A stretch of DNA of 53,958 bases from a virus (taxonomy: Duplodnaviria > Caudoviricetes), in IMG/VR virus record IMGVR_UViG_3300008448_000114, positions 1-53,958 of that record, one strand, 5' to 3'. The notes beneath the pieces were generated by a model. It did not search any database, was not told the DNA's origin, and saw only the letters and a list, made by a program, of their open reading frames with translations. Of this stretch, positions 28,692-38,853 are shown one piece after another (the first letter of the stretch is position 1; each line of letters begins with the position of its first letter). The translations under genes and the position numbers were made by a program.

Positions 28692-30056
28692 TTAAGCACT
28701 GATACGAACGAAGCGGTTTGCACCGAATACGCGCAGACCTGCATAACACAGGTGGTGTACGTTCAGTTCAGCCACATCGCTGGTAGGACTCTTAGCGAAA
28801 GCACCAGTTTCCCAAATATGAAGGTCTTTACCATTCACGTTGTTGTAAGTGATTTCGATTGAGTTGTAACGCTCTCCAGTTTGAGGGTCTTTACCTTGAG
28901 CCATCGGAACCACGATACCGTAGTTTTTGTACTGATGGTCAGCAGGAGTAGCACCATAAACAGCTTCAGGAGAGAACGGCAGGTACTTCTTAATGTGGAA
29001 GGTATAACCATCCATAGTGATAGAACCGAAACCGTACATAGCAGCAGCTTCTTTGCTACCACCTACAGTACCCCAAAGGATAGCACCGGCATCGTACAGG
29101 TCGAACAGTTCGTCATCCAACTCTTGACGTAAGAAAACGTCAGCAAGAAGGTGATTCTCCATAGAACCTCCGTTGAAATCCAAAGCACGAGTTACTTCGT
29201 GAAGCTTAGCTCTGTCTAAAGAACCAGCAGTATAAGATACGCCAGTACCACGGTTTTCGATTTGATTCAGAAGACCGATAGTGTTCTTAGAAGTAGCAGA
29301 AGCGTTTGTGTTAGTAACGTCTTTACCGAACATCAGAGTAAACTCTTTGTTGTTCATATAACGCTTAACAGCTTCGTCAAGACCTTTGTAAGAGTAGTTC
29401 TCACCAAACCAGATTTCTTCAATCATAGCACGGTCAGTTACTCTCCAGTCTTCACGGATTTCAGAAACGTAGTTCAGAACTTCTTCAACGCGGGGAATCA
29501 GAGCATCTCCTTTAGAAGAAGCTTCACCTACCGCAGCTTGTCCACGGAAGAGAATCCACTCGTTAGCATCCAAACGACCATCAACAGCAGCAGACTCAAA
29601 TTGTTGAGTAGAGCTAAGAGGGCGTACAGTTGCCTGGTGAGCGCCAGCAGAAGTTTTATCAACTGAAACTACTTTACCTTGAATACCGGTAGAAGCGATT
29701 TCAACGATTTCACCAACACGAATAGGAGATTTAGAACCGCTATCGTAGTGAGAGCCGGAAGTCAAAGTGAAAGTAACAGCAGAACCATTGGTTGCGCCAG
29801 TTACGTTAGCTTGAACCTGAACAGCTTGGTGCATTTTACCCAAATCTTCCCAGTGACGGATAGTTTGAGATTTCACCTGTCCTTTAAACCCAAGCATTTC
29901 CAACAGCATAGTGTAGTTTTGAGCACCATACTTGCTGATGAATTTAGGGTAGTACTGAGGCTTTAAGATACTAAGGTCACTAACGATGCCTCTCGTTAGG
30001 CCTGCGCCAGGATTTACAAACGCTGACGGTTTCTCTGAGGCTGAATTGTATGCCAT
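28692..30056 (-). CDS. Major capsid protein
   Basis: 454 aa, follows the scaffold gene, ends in CYAGLRVFGANRFV, biased codon usage, own terminator. Confidence 0.85.
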   Translation of the reverse strand: MAYNSASEKPSAFVNPGAGLTRGIVSDLSILKPQYYPKFISKYGAQNYTMLLEMLGFKGQVKSQTIRHWEDLGKMHQAVQVQANVTGATNGSAVTFTLTSGSHYDSGSKSPIRVGEIVEIASTGIQGKVVSVDKTSAGAHQATVRPLSSTQQFESAAVDGRLDANEWILFRGQAAVGEASSKGDALIPRVEEVLNYVSEIREDWRVTDRAMIEEIWFGENYSYKGLDEAVKRYMNNKEFTLMFGKDVTNTNASATSKNTIGLLNQIENRGTGVSYTAGSLDRAKLHEVTRALDFNGGSMENHLLADVFLRQELDDELFDLYDAGAILWGTVGGSKEAAAMYGFGSITMDGYTFHIKKYLPFSPEAVYGATPADHQYKNYGIVVPMAQGKDPQTGERYNSIEITYNNVNGKDLHIWETGAFAKSPTSDVAELNVHHLCYAGLRVFGANRFVRISA

Positions 30057-30082
30057 TTTTGTGAGATTTTAAATTTTAAAAA

Positions 30083-31201
30083 TTAAGTGTTACCAAAAAA
30101 GAAGTTTACCATTTCATCTTGCGAAGCTTGCTGCTCGTCTGGTAAACGCCTACTTACCGATTCCTGGAAGTTAGCGTTCTTCAAACCCTTAACGAAAAAT
30201 GACTTTGCCTGATTTACAGCCTGACTTACGTGTGCTTCAACAATCTTATCAAAGTTCTCCAACACGTAGAGGTCGTGAGCTATGGACTCTGTATCAAAGT
30301 CTCCATTCTCGTCAATGTAGCGCGGCATAAAGTAGTCCTGTAATGTAAAGTTCTCCATCTTATCTTTCAGTGAAGCCTTTTCGTTGGCATCAATGACATA
30401 AGTCGTATTGAACTCTAACTCACTGTCCTTGTACTTGCTTTCAAAACCTACAATTTCATCAATGGTTGCAGGAATCGCTTGCATGTACTTGTCTCTGAAC
30501 TCCTTGATTGCCGCCTCTTCAGCTTCATTTGAAACCGCCTGTTGCTGTTGAGGAGCGCTCGTTTGAATATCCGGTAAAACTATCTCCTGCTTTTTGCTGT
30601 TCAAGAACTCTTTCGCCTCCTTTAAGTCCTTCTTCTTCAAACGCTCCATGTTGATTTTCTCACGCTCAAACTTCTTCTTCTCTTTTGCAATCTCCTCTGG
30701 AGTGTCTAAATCCTCATCAATATCCGGCTCTTGAACACCGTACTTAAAGTTGAACTCATCATCTACTTCCTCGCTTGACAGCTCAGGGTTTTCTTGCCTT
30801 ATCTTAAGTTTAAGCACATCGTCTGCGCTCATCTTATCAAGTGAAGCAAGTTGTTGCTGTTGCTGATACACGTTTACTACCTCATCTATCTTTCCTTCCT
30901 TTAAGTACTCGAATACTTTCTTTGCAGTATCATTAGCAAAATTAATCTCTTGATTAACAGGTTTATCAGCTAATTGAAGTAATTCATCAACACTTTTAAA
31001 TTTTCCGCCTGTTCTTTCTGCTAAAAGGGCTTCAAAGTCTATACCTGTTGAAGAATCATTGTTTGCTGTTTGCGAATCAGAAACTGATTGCTGTTGTTGT
31101 TGAGGTTCTGCCGGCTGAGATTGTGGCTGTCCTTGCGGTGCTTCGCCCATCTCACCAGACGTGATTAAATCCTCAAACATCGAAGATGTTGAATTACTCA
31201 T
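30083..31201 (-). CDS. Capsid scaffolding protein
   Basis: Acidic, Q-rich coiled coil immediately upstream of the capsid gene. Confidence 0.7.
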   Translation of the reverse strand: MSNSTSSMFEDLITSGEMGEAPQGQPQSQPAEPQQQQQSVSDSQTANNDSSTGIDFEALLAERTGGKFKSVDELLQLADKPVNQEINFANDTAKKVFEYLKEGKIDEVVNVYQQQQQLASLDKMSADDVLKLKIRQENPELSSEEVDDEFNFKYGVQEPDIDEDLDTPEEIAKEKKKFEREKINMERLKKKDLKEAKEFLNSKKQEIVLPDIQTSAPQQQQAVSNEAEEAAIKEFRDKYMQAIPATIDEIVGFESKYKDSELEFNTTYVIDANEKASLKDKMENFTLQDYFMPRYIDENGDFDTESIAHDLYVLENFDKIVEAHVSQAVNQAKSFFVKGLKNANFQESVSRRLPDEQQASQDEMVNFFFGNT

Positions 31202-31221
31202 TGTTTTCTATTTTATTGTTA

Positions 31222-31353
31222 TTAATACTTGGTCTTACCTTTCATCTTACCCATAGCAGTGTTTGCTTTTTTGGATACAGGTGAGGCTTTACCTTGCTTT
31301 TTTGCCATTTTCTCTTGCATTGCTTTAAATGCTTCGTTCTTTTTTGCTTTCAT
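31222..31353 (-). CDS. 43-aa K/M-rich basic peptide
   Basis: Hand translation MKAKKNEAFKAMQEKMAKKQGKASPVSKKANTAMGKMKGKTKY with an A-rich leader. Confidence 0.6.
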   Translation of the reverse strand: MKAKKNEAFKAMQEKMAKKQGKASPVSKKANTAMGKMKGKTKY

Positions 31354-31384
31354 TTTATTTTGTTTTTATTAATTACGAAGATAC

Positions 31385-31774
31385 TTATTTTCTGAATCTT
31401 GCTGTCTTTTTTGCAACAGATTTTGGTTGGCTTACGAATTGCTTACCCTCTTTATTTCCTTCTGCCTTTGCTTTATTAGTAGCTGATTTCTCAGATGATG
31501 ACAATGCAGCCCAAGCAGCTTTAGGTAAATACCTACGCTTACCTTCTGATGGTTTGCCGGATGATGTAGTCCACTCCTGCTTACTCCATTTAGATAAGCT
31601 GTTAGATTCTGACTTAGCCCCTTTATATCCACCTCCTGCATCCTTGTATCTTTTAACAGCTATCTGTGCTTTGCGAGCTGACCACTCTCCACTATCGCCT
31701 CCTTTGCTTCCACTTTTAACAGATGCAACTATTCTTTTCCAAAGTCCTGGATTTGTTTTTGTAGCAGTACTCAT
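31385..31774 (-). CDS. Basic phage protein (DUF5872-like)
   Basis: GSKGG..GEWSARKAQ...YK.AGGGY...KW..Q.W...RYLPK.AW. Confidence 0.65.
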   Translation of the reverse strand: MSTATKTNPGLWKRIVASVKSGSKGGDSGEWSARKAQIAVKRYKDAGGGYKGAKSESNSLSKWSKQEWTTSSGKPSEGKRRYLPKAAWAALSSSEKSATNKAKAEGNKEGKQFVSQPKSVAKKTARFRK

Positions 31775-31787
31775 AAATTATTGATTA

Positions 31788-32081
31788 TCACCATTTTACA
31801 CGATTCGCCCAGTAGGCCGCGCTCATCTTTCCTTTATTGATATTACGTGCGTGTCTTGCTTTAAATGATGCTCTCTTTTTCTTCATGCGCTCAGACTCTC
31901 CAGCTTTAGGTTTGCCGGCAGTTTCTGCTCCTTGCTCCCCGAACCGTATTGTCTTTACTTGACTGCCTTCTTTAGCAACTACAATATGTGATTTCTTTGG
32001 ATGATTAGGAGTACGTTTAGGTTTATTATATCCCGATACTCCTGCTCTTTCAAGTCTTGAATCTTTCTTTATAAATGGCAT
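31788..32081 (-). CDS. Basic phage protein
   Basis: GYNKPKRTP.HP.KSH.V.AK...IRFG.QG...SFKARH...SAAYWA...KW. Confidence 0.7.
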   Translation of the reverse strand: MPFIKKDSRLERAGVSGYNKPKRTPNHPKKSHIVVAKEGSQVKTIRFGEQGAETAGKPKAGESERMKKKRASFKARHARNINKGKMSAAYWANRVKW

Positions 32082-32485
32082 ATTATTTAACTTTTTTAAC
32101 CAGTCTTGGTTTTGTAATAGTTTCGTAAAGTTCTCCTTTTCTTTTTTGTTTTGGTATTATTCTACTTGCAAATTCAGCAGCTAAAGCTTGGGCTGCTGGT
32201 ATATAAGGAGTTGCAACTGAAGCTATAGGCATCATTGACATCATTGCCCCACCAACTCCAACAGCTAAAGACCTTAATAATCTTTCTTTTTTCTTTGCTG
32301 TTTGCTGTTTAATAAATTCAGGAGTATTAAAATCAGCACCATCTTCTTCAGCCTGTCTTTTTTTAGCCTCAAATAATGATTTTGCTTTTGCCTTTTCTAC
32401 ATCTGTTCTGGTATCTTGACTAATTGTAGCCATTTTACCACCACCATTATTTTTTTTCTTTAATGGCATATTATTTAACTTTTTT
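32074..32485. repeat. 24-bp direct repeats flanking the 128-aa gene
   Basis: AATGGCATATTATTTAACTTTTTT at 32074-32097 and 32462-32485. Confidence 0.85.
32083..32469 (-). CDS. Basic protein (MPLKKK start) with a hydrophobic segment
   Basis: 128-aa ORF coupled to its neighbours. Confidence 0.6.
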   Translation of the reverse strand: MPLKKKNNGGGKMATISQDTRTDVEKAKAKSLFEAKKRQAEEDGADFNTPEFIKQQTAKKKERLLRSLAVGVGGAMMSMMPIASVATPYIPAAQALAAEFASRIIPKQKRKGELYETITKPRLVKKVK

Positions 32486-32633
32486 CTTCCATTTTAGAAT
32501 CCTCTTCCTCCTCATCTTCATCTTCTCCCATATCCTCCATCTCTTTCAGAGCTTTATATAAGGCCATAAATTTAGCCATTTCTAAAGCTGTTAAGCTATA
32601 CTTCTTGTCTTTGCTTTTTTTCTTTAATGGCAT
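32475..32633 (-). CDS. 52-aa protein, basic N-terminus and acidic C-terminus
   Basis: Hand translation MPLKKKSKDKKYSLTALEMAKFMALYKALKEMEDMGEDEDEEEEDSKMEEKS. Confidence 0.6.
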   Translation of the reverse strand: MPLKKKSKDKKYSLTALEMAKFMALYKALKEMEDMGEDEDEEEEDSKMEEKS

Positions 32634-32634
32634 A

Positions 32635-35025
32635 TTACTGATTTTGTTGTTGTTGCATCATTTGATTCTGCATCATTTGTTGTTGTGCTGCATCATTCTC
32701 ATCTACCATACCTTGTAGCTCATCTACCTGGTCAGGAGTAATACCTTGTTGTGCTAAAAACTCCATCTGAGCCTGTTGTTGCTGTTGTGCTAACGCCTGC
32801 TCTTCCATCTGCTTCTGACGAGCCTTCTCAGCAAAATACCCATCCACTATATCCTTCACATATCCAGTAAGTTCTTTACCCTCCTTGAATGACATCAACA
32901 GCACATCATGTACAAATTTCTGCATATTTTCGTCATTCTTAAATCTTGATGACGATTCATCAATCATTACCTGCATCTTAGCCTTAGCCTCCTCAATAGC
33001 AGCATCTGCCTGCATCTTAGCCTGTGCTGAACGTTCTTGTATCTGTGCGTTCATCTCCGAGTTCTGCTGAGCCTTCTGCATCTCGGTTTGCATGCGTTTG
33101 TTCTTAGCTCTTGTAAGATACAACTCCTGCAACTTCACATTGTCAAGCCTTCTGATTTTAAACGCATCATCAAAGTCAATCATGTTATTTGATATAGCGT
33201 TGTTTGTCATCGACTCAACATAAGCCTTTTCAACATCATCAGGAAGCATCTCTATCTTAAACTCAAAGAACATATTCGCAAGCTCTTTATTGCCGAAGAA
33301 CTCACGATACGCTGTACCACCATACACCACAGAATCATGAAGCAAGATGCCTATTTTCGAAAGCGTCTGCTCAGTAATCTCCAAATAAGAGTCATAGATA
33401 AAATCAGTAGCATTGTTAGATTCGCGGATTTGAGATTCTAAAACACCTAATCCCATCTTGGGATTAACACTTGAGCCTTCCCTGTATTCATTGATACCTA
33501 CCTCATCACGTATCTTAGCCACATAGAAATTATAGACCTGTATAGACGCATTAATTTGGTTAATATTACCAATATTTGGTAATTCATTAATCGGCAAAGA
33601 CCTTCTTTCACCATCCTCATCTACACTATTGTAATATATGTTACCAGTCTGGTCGTAAACCCTTTGAATCTCAAGAGGCTTGACTTGTCCTTGACCTAAA
33701 TCTACTTCCTTCAATCCGGATATGTCAACAGCAATACCAGATGGTCTCATCTTAGCTATTAGTTGCTGTATCTTCATGTGGGTAAGCGTAATCATACGAA
33801 CCGAAGAACTAATCCTTTCAGCAAGAGGGGTATTATTCATACCTATGTTATTAGGCATATACACCGAATAGCTGAAGTAAGCTTTAGACAGCTCTTTAGG
33901 ATTAGAAGGTCTAATCATAGGACTGTTAGGCTGGAACTTCAGCAAACGATTTGATTGAGGAAGATACACACCTGCGTATATAACCTCCATCTCTTTCTGT
34001 ATAACCAATTTATCCTCTCCTACGTTCTCAGGTCTTCCCTTCTTGCGTTCTACATACTTTCTGTTCTCCCTGTTCTTCTCTACCCAAAACATTGGTCTAA
34101 CGGTCTTCGCCTCAAAGAACAGCACCTCTATGGCATAATCGTCATAAGGTCTTGAACCAGGATTCATGTACTCATTCTTCCACTTAAACGTATATGGGCT
34201 AACGCAATCCTTAGATGTCTTAGCTATTTCAAATAGTTGTTCTTCTGTAAGTCCAAATCTCTTACGCAATTCGTACAACTTCATCGACTTACGATGCCCC
34301 ATAACTGACGCATCTGCCATATCGTTCCTCTCTGAATAAGAACAGAAAAAGTCTATCGGATTGATAGCTTCTACGATTACTGTTCCGTCTCCGTCAGCTC
34401 TTGTATAAGTGACTCCATATCCTCCATCTCTAATGTGGCAGAGTAGATTACGTTTAATGTCATTCCAGTTGTTGTTGTGCAGTACCATTGATGCACCTCG
34501 CTCCATGAGTATCTCTTCGGGAGTTCTGTAATCAACGTTGAAGAAGATGTCCAGTTCGTCATAACTTTCAGGTTCAAAAGTTTCTCTGTTTTTATACGTT
34601 CCTAATGCCTCATCAGCCATCTTATTAAACTCAGGCTCAAGCATACGGAACTCAGCCATAGCCTTATCATACTTCTTCTTTTTTATGCTAACAGGGTCAA
34701 CAGCAGTACATCTTGGCTTCTCTCCTCTTTTCATAAAACCACCAATAAGCACCTCCATGAATTTAGGTGCAATCATTGGAGGAGTCCAGTCAAGGTTGAC
34801 ATAAGACTGCTTGCCATCTATATTAAGAAACTGCATGTAGTCTCTCATGTCCTGCCTTCCTGTGGACAGCTTCATGTTCTTAGCTATCTCTACGTTTCTT
34901 TTCTCAAAGTATTCATTACTAACAATAGAATGAACATACTTAGCCATTTTCTCACCAAGTTCGGCATCAGAAACGCCATCCAGGTTGAGCTGAAACTGCA
35001 ATGTTGGATTATAAAATGGAGTCAA
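32635..35025 (-). CDS. Portal protein
   Basis: 796 aa after TerL; NLDWTP....PKF, YDQTG..Y, IRDEVGINE.REGS; Q/M-rich tail. Confidence 0.85.
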   Translation of the reverse strand: MTPFYNPTLQFQLNLDGVSDAELGEKMAKYVHSIVSNEYFEKRNVEIAKNMKLSTGRQDMRDYMQFLNIDGKQSYVNLDWTPPMIAPKFMEVLIGGFMKRGEKPRCTAVDPVSIKKKKYDKAMAEFRMLEPEFNKMADEALGTYKNRETFEPESYDELDIFFNVDYRTPEEILMERGASMVLHNNNWNDIKRNLLCHIRDGGYGVTYTRADGDGTVIVEAINPIDFFCSYSERNDMADASVMGHRKSMKLYELRKRFGLTEEQLFEIAKTSKDCVSPYTFKWKNEYMNPGSRPYDDYAIEVLFFEAKTVRPMFWVEKNRENRKYVERKKGRPENVGEDKLVIQKEMEVIYAGVYLPQSNRLLKFQPNSPMIRPSNPKELSKAYFSYSVYMPNNIGMNNTPLAERISSSVRMITLTHMKIQQLIAKMRPSGIAVDISGLKEVDLGQGQVKPLEIQRVYDQTGNIYYNSVDEDGERRSLPINELPNIGNINQINASIQVYNFYVAKIRDEVGINEYREGSSVNPKMGLGVLESQIRESNNATDFIYDSYLEITEQTLSKIGILLHDSVVYGGTAYREFFGNKELANMFFEFKIEMLPDDVEKAYVESMTNNAISNNMIDFDDAFKIRRLDNVKLQELYLTRAKNKRMQTEMQKAQQNSEMNAQIQERSAQAKMQADAAIEEAKAKMQVMIDESSSRFKNDENMQKFVHDVLLMSFKEGKELTGYVKDIVDGYFAEKARQKQMEEQALAQQQQQAQMEFLAQQGITPDQVDELQGMVDENDAAQQQMMQNQMMQQQQNQ

Positions 35026-35056
35026 GTTATGTATTATTTTATCAAAAATACGAAAT

Positions 35057-37093
35057 CTATCTTATGTTACTAATGTCATACGTCTGAACGAACCCCACAG
35101 AGTCCTTCTTTTCTTTCAACACATTCCGTACGTCACCAGCTGCCGCAACAAGCGCAATCATAAAAGCAACGGTAATATCCGACTTGGTTCTGTTGAAATG
35201 GTCGTACTCAAGCATATCCTCAAATATTTCCTTAAAGAACATTTTTTCAGAATAATTATCAACCCAAAACTGGGCCAGCTCAAGCTGTTTATTCAGCGAG
35301 AACGGGTCTTTTGGTGATACACCCCACGTCTGCACCGTCTTGGCTTTCCTGTTAGGGTCAAGCACCGACTTAGGCGTTTTAGTGATAAAGTTCTTATGCC
35401 CTTTGTCAATAAACCACTCAAAATAATCATCATTGGCGTTCTCGTACGTAGCCTTACACCCGAAGTAGTGACAAGCATACAACACCTCTGTATGAAACAG
35501 ATTCTTCGTTTTAGGTCTTCCTACATACATAGCCACCGGCATGCCCGTGTTCTCCGGGTCGGTAGGGTCGTACTGCTCATATACCACAATAACGCCATTA
35601 GAACCCTTACCAACAATAATAGTAGAGGCAAAGGGGTCAACTCCTATCTTATACTGATGCGTGTTGGCCGGCTTCTTACCTGAATCATCATAAATAATTC
35701 CATTAGGGAATCTAGGTTGCTTTAGTAGCAGCCACTTGCCATTCGGGTCATCTCGGTAGTCCACCTTATTTTTTTCATCCCATCCAAACGTAACCCTACG
35801 TATTGATGGCTTATTATCTTTAAGATAATCTAACTGCTGCCTAATCATTTGGATATTAAAGAAAGACTCGGACTCATCAGCAGCAAATGCCTCTTCCTCA
35901 TTAAATGGCATCATCCGTTTCTCCTCCAATCTCATCTCATCATCCTCTATCTTTTCTATCCGCTGACGCAAGTATTCCTTTGCCCCAATCCGTATCTCTT
36001 CAAGCGTAAGCGTAGTGGTCTCTTGCAAAAACTTCTCCTGGTCTTTAGTAGGAGTATCTATGACAGATATGCCATATTTATCAATAAATCCTTCGTACCC
36101 GTCGTATGCCGGTTTAAAGTATCTGTACAGCCCTGATGGAGTTGTCTTATGGAGCAACTGGTTTGATTCGTTCCATAGCGTCTTATATCCTGCTCCTCCG
36201 TCTTTCATCTTGTTAACGGTAGATGGCAGTTCAGCAAACCCTACCTTCCTACTACCTTTCTCCAGCGTCTTTCTCACAATCGACCAATACCGTTGTATAG
36301 GTACATCTGTCGGGAACTTACCGCCCTCATCGACTAACAGCCTTGTATTTCTTTTAGAGTCATAGCTATTTAGCTTTGTATTTTTAAAATCTATCTGCGA
36401 GTTCAGCCCTTCCGGTTTCTCCCTGATAGATGTCTGCTGCTTCTTTTTAACCCTTGACACTTGTTTCATGAACCTAAGTATCTTTTCGGGGTCATCACCG
36501 GCTGCAATATCCGGCTTCATAAACAGCGGCAGGTTACGAAACGCATACACCACCATCTCCTTAAATACAGACTTGGCATCATCACCCGTTTTGGAAACAA
36601 TACCGCACTTGGCCTGCTCGGTAGTAGTGGCTGTATATAGCATATTGGAGGATGCCTGGGAGGTAGCACCTTCCCTACGTGACTTAACGCGTATCACTCC
36701 AAGAACATTAGAAGACTTCTCGCAGTGGTCGAGGAACAGATACCACCTCCTGTCGCAGTCGCGATACTGAGGCTTATCTCCATTTTCAAGGGTGAAATAA
36801 TTTAAGAAGTAGTAGTATTTACCGGTAATATAAGTAGGTTCTCCGCAGTTCAAGAACCAATGCCCATCACGACATTTGACAAGTTCTTTCATGATAAAGT
36901 CCCACTGCTTATCTGTCCATAGTGGGTTGCCATTAGCATCATACTCCAACTCATCAAAGTATTCGGGTATATCGGTATAACGGAAGTATTGTTCTTTGCG
37001 GCTGTACTTACAGTTCTCCATCGTGTACGCTGCCGGTTGTTTCGGCAGGGAGTACTGGATTCCGTACAAACTTACGCTTTCGTTTTTTTGCAT
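35057..37093 (-). CDS. terL: Terminase large subunit
   Basis: ITGKYYYFLNY, Walker-A-like KSRREGAT, Walker B LLVDEGGK, nuclease motifs IGVDP and YENA. Confidence 0.9.
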   Translation of the reverse strand: MQKNESVSLYGIQYSLPKQPAAYTMENCKYSRKEQYFRYTDIPEYFDELEYDANGNPLWTDKQWDFIMKELVKCRDGHWFLNCGEPTYITGKYYYFLNYFTLENGDKPQYRDCDRRWYLFLDHCEKSSNVLGVIRVKSRREGATSQASSNMLYTATTTEQAKCGIVSKTGDDAKSVFKEMVVYAFRNLPLFMKPDIAAGDDPEKILRFMKQVSRVKKKQQTSIREKPEGLNSQIDFKNTKLNSYDSKRNTRLLVDEGGKFPTDVPIQRYWSIVRKTLEKGSRKVGFAELPSTVNKMKDGGAGYKTLWNESNQLLHKTTPSGLYRYFKPAYDGYEGFIDKYGISVIDTPTKDQEKFLQETTTLTLEEIRIGAKEYLRQRIEKIEDDEMRLEEKRMMPFNEEEAFAADESESFFNIQMIRQQLDYLKDNKPSIRRVTFGWDEKNKVDYRDDPNGKWLLLKQPRFPNGIIYDDSGKKPANTHQYKIGVDPFASTIIVGKGSNGVIVVYEQYDPTDPENTGMPVAMYVGRPKTKNLFHTEVLYACHYFGCKATYENANDDYFEWFIDKGHKNFITKTPKSVLDPNRKAKTVQTWGVSPKDPFSLNKQLELAQFWVDNYSEKMFFKEIFEDMLEYDHFNRTKSDITVAFMIALVAAAGDVRNVLKEKKDSVGFVQTYDISNIR

Positions 37094-37730
37094 GCTGATG
37101 TTCTTTTTTCACAAATTCTATAATAGGCTCTACAAAGTTCCTTCCTCTTTCTGTCAGGTCGTACCTATTTCTCGAACCTACTTTTGTTATCCTCATCAAA
37201 TTAAACTGAATCAATCGTTTTGAAAACTTTAAAATAGACGGAATACTTATGCCGGTATCTTCTGTCCACTTTCTTGACGTAGCGTCTCCTTCCTGATGAG
37301 CGCTAATCCACAACAAAAGTATGATTTCAGTATTTTTTAATTTTGTTCTTTTTCTTACAAGTCCTAACTTAGCATATATTCGAGTCCACGTGATTATATT
37401 GTAATTACGCGGATTCGTTTTGTCATTTGGGACCTCCCAGTAGTACTTAGCCCTGTTCCACTCGGTTTTCCGCATTTTTTTTATCTCTTCCTTTTGGAAC
37501 TTCTCGCGTTTGTTTTTCTCTGTTTTAAGCTTCTCTTCCCACTTAGCCATCATTACTCTATAGTTCTTTGCAAGCCCGTTGTTGCGAAGTGTTAATATGC
37601 TAGCCTTTTTGATATGCTTCTGCATCTTCTTCATGTTCCTGTCACGCATATTCTTATTCGTCTTCAGCAGACTTCTTGACTTGGCTCTTTCAACAGCAAG
37701 CTTATAGCGTAACTTATTGAGCATTTCCAT
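37008..37730 (-). CDS. Basic coiled-coil protein with C-terminal MarR-like winged HTH
   Basis: LKNTEIILLLWI...ISIPSILKFSKRL...RNRYDLTERG. Start uncertain. Confidence 0.55.
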   Translation of the reverse strand: MEMLNKLRYKLAVERAKSRSLLKTNKNMRDRNMKKMQKHIKKASILTLRNNGLAKNYRVMMAKWEEKLKTEKNKREKFQKEEIKKMRKTEWNRAKYYWEVPNDKTNPRNYNIITWTRIYAKLGLVRKRTKLKNTEIILLLWISAHQEGDATSRKWTEDTGISIPSILKFSKRLIQFNLMRITKVGSRNRYDLTERGRNFVEPIIEFVKKEHQHAKKRKRKFVRNPVLPAETTGSVHDGEL

Positions 37731-37786
37731 GACCTTCTCTCCGCTATATGTGCGGCTGGCCTTTACGAATATGCGTTCACACTTCT

Positions 37787-38110
37787 TTACTTTTTTAGGA
37801 ACGTCTCCAGCGGATTCCTCGATACTAACGGCTTCTCCTCCTCCTTCGACTCTCCCACTTTGAGTTCCTTCTTTAACCACAGCAGGTTTTGTGCTACGTC
37901 TTTGCTGTCCACCATTGCTTTCCATACGCGTTCAAATGTTTTATCGTTTTTAGATTTAAAGGATACGTATTCTCCGTTTAGCTCTTCTGCAAGCTTTACT
38001 ATCTGATAGTTCAAGGCATGGTACAGTCCTTGCAGTCCGTCTGCCTTATAGGTCTCCAACTCCTTTTCGAGTTCCTCTATCCTTTGTTTCAGTTTTACTA
38101 TATCTGTCAT
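37787..38110 (-). CDS. Small helical protein, terminase small subunit candidate
   Basis: Size and position upstream of TerL only. Confidence 0.4.
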   Translation of the reverse strand: MTDIVKLKQRIEELEKELETYKADGLQGLYHALNYQIVKLAEELNGEYVSFKSKNDKTFERVWKAMVDSKDVAQNLLWLKKELKVGESKEEEKPLVSRNPLETFLKK

Positions 38111-38745
38111 ATTCCAATACGCATTGTTTCGTTTATTTCAAATGTATGGTCTATCGCCATAATGTCTTGTTCTTTGATACGGATGATACGATGCTCACGA
38201 CCTTCATGCGCATACACAACCTCATAGTCAGCCATAGTCTCTGTAATAAGCACATCTCCTATGGCAAATATGTCATATCCTGATGGTGTACCCTTAACTA
38301 CAACCCGGTTGTTTTCTTTCTGTTCATTGATGTCTGTCAGTATAAGAGATGACTTCGGTTTGTAATATATCCTGTCAACTAACAGATAGCCTTCCATTGG
38401 TATTGGATTGCCATTATCAATGTAAAAGAATATCTTATCGGGTCGAAGGATATGTACTTCCAGTTTCTTTTTACCTCCATATACAGAATCTTCATCGGTG
38501 TCGATGGTATCTACGAGTGTATGTTCGGTAAACGAGTTGTGCCAGCAGACGATAGGAGTACCTTCTTTGAGGCTAGTCTTTCCTGGACTTTTGACGATGG
38601 CATTGACAGCATTCTTCTCTCTTTCGTTCCATCCAAAGTCTTTGTCGATAAATAGTTTGATGTCGGTTCCTGCGATGGTGTGGGTGTACTTATCCTCTTT
38701 ATCTACAATAACGATAAGCTCCCCTCTGATTGGTTTGGGATTCAT
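38107..38745 (-). CDS. Tandem GroES-like co-chaperonin
   Basis: Two repeats of P...(L)IV ... V ... (E/I)G(T/D).(I/L), ending IRIKEQDIMAI. Confidence 0.65.
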   Translation of the reverse strand: MNPKPIRGELIVIVDKEDKYTHTIAGTDIKLFIDKDFGWNEREKNAVNAIVKSPGKTSLKEGTPIVCWHNSFTEHTLVDTIDTDEDSVYGGKKKLEVHILRPDKIFFYIDNGNPIPMEGYLLVDRIYYKPKSSLILTDINEQKENNRVVVKGTPSGYDIFAIGDVLITETMADYEVVYAHEGREHRIIRIKEQDIMAIDHTFEINETMRIGI

Positions 38746-38790
38746 TGCTGTTTCTATTTGTCACAAATATAGGAAATTTTGTGACTAAAC

Positions 38791-38853
38791 AAAAACCCCG
38801 CCTAAAAAGACGGGGCGTGTGTTAACCAATTAAACAAACCAAACTATGAAAAG
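38791..38853 (-). ncRNA. Cassette E: 3'-UTR anti-start-codon sRNA candidate
   Basis: Minus strand TTTTCATAGTTTGGTTTGTTTAATTGGTTAA, then CCCCGTC-TTTTTA-GGCGGGG-TTTTT. Confidence 0.55.
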
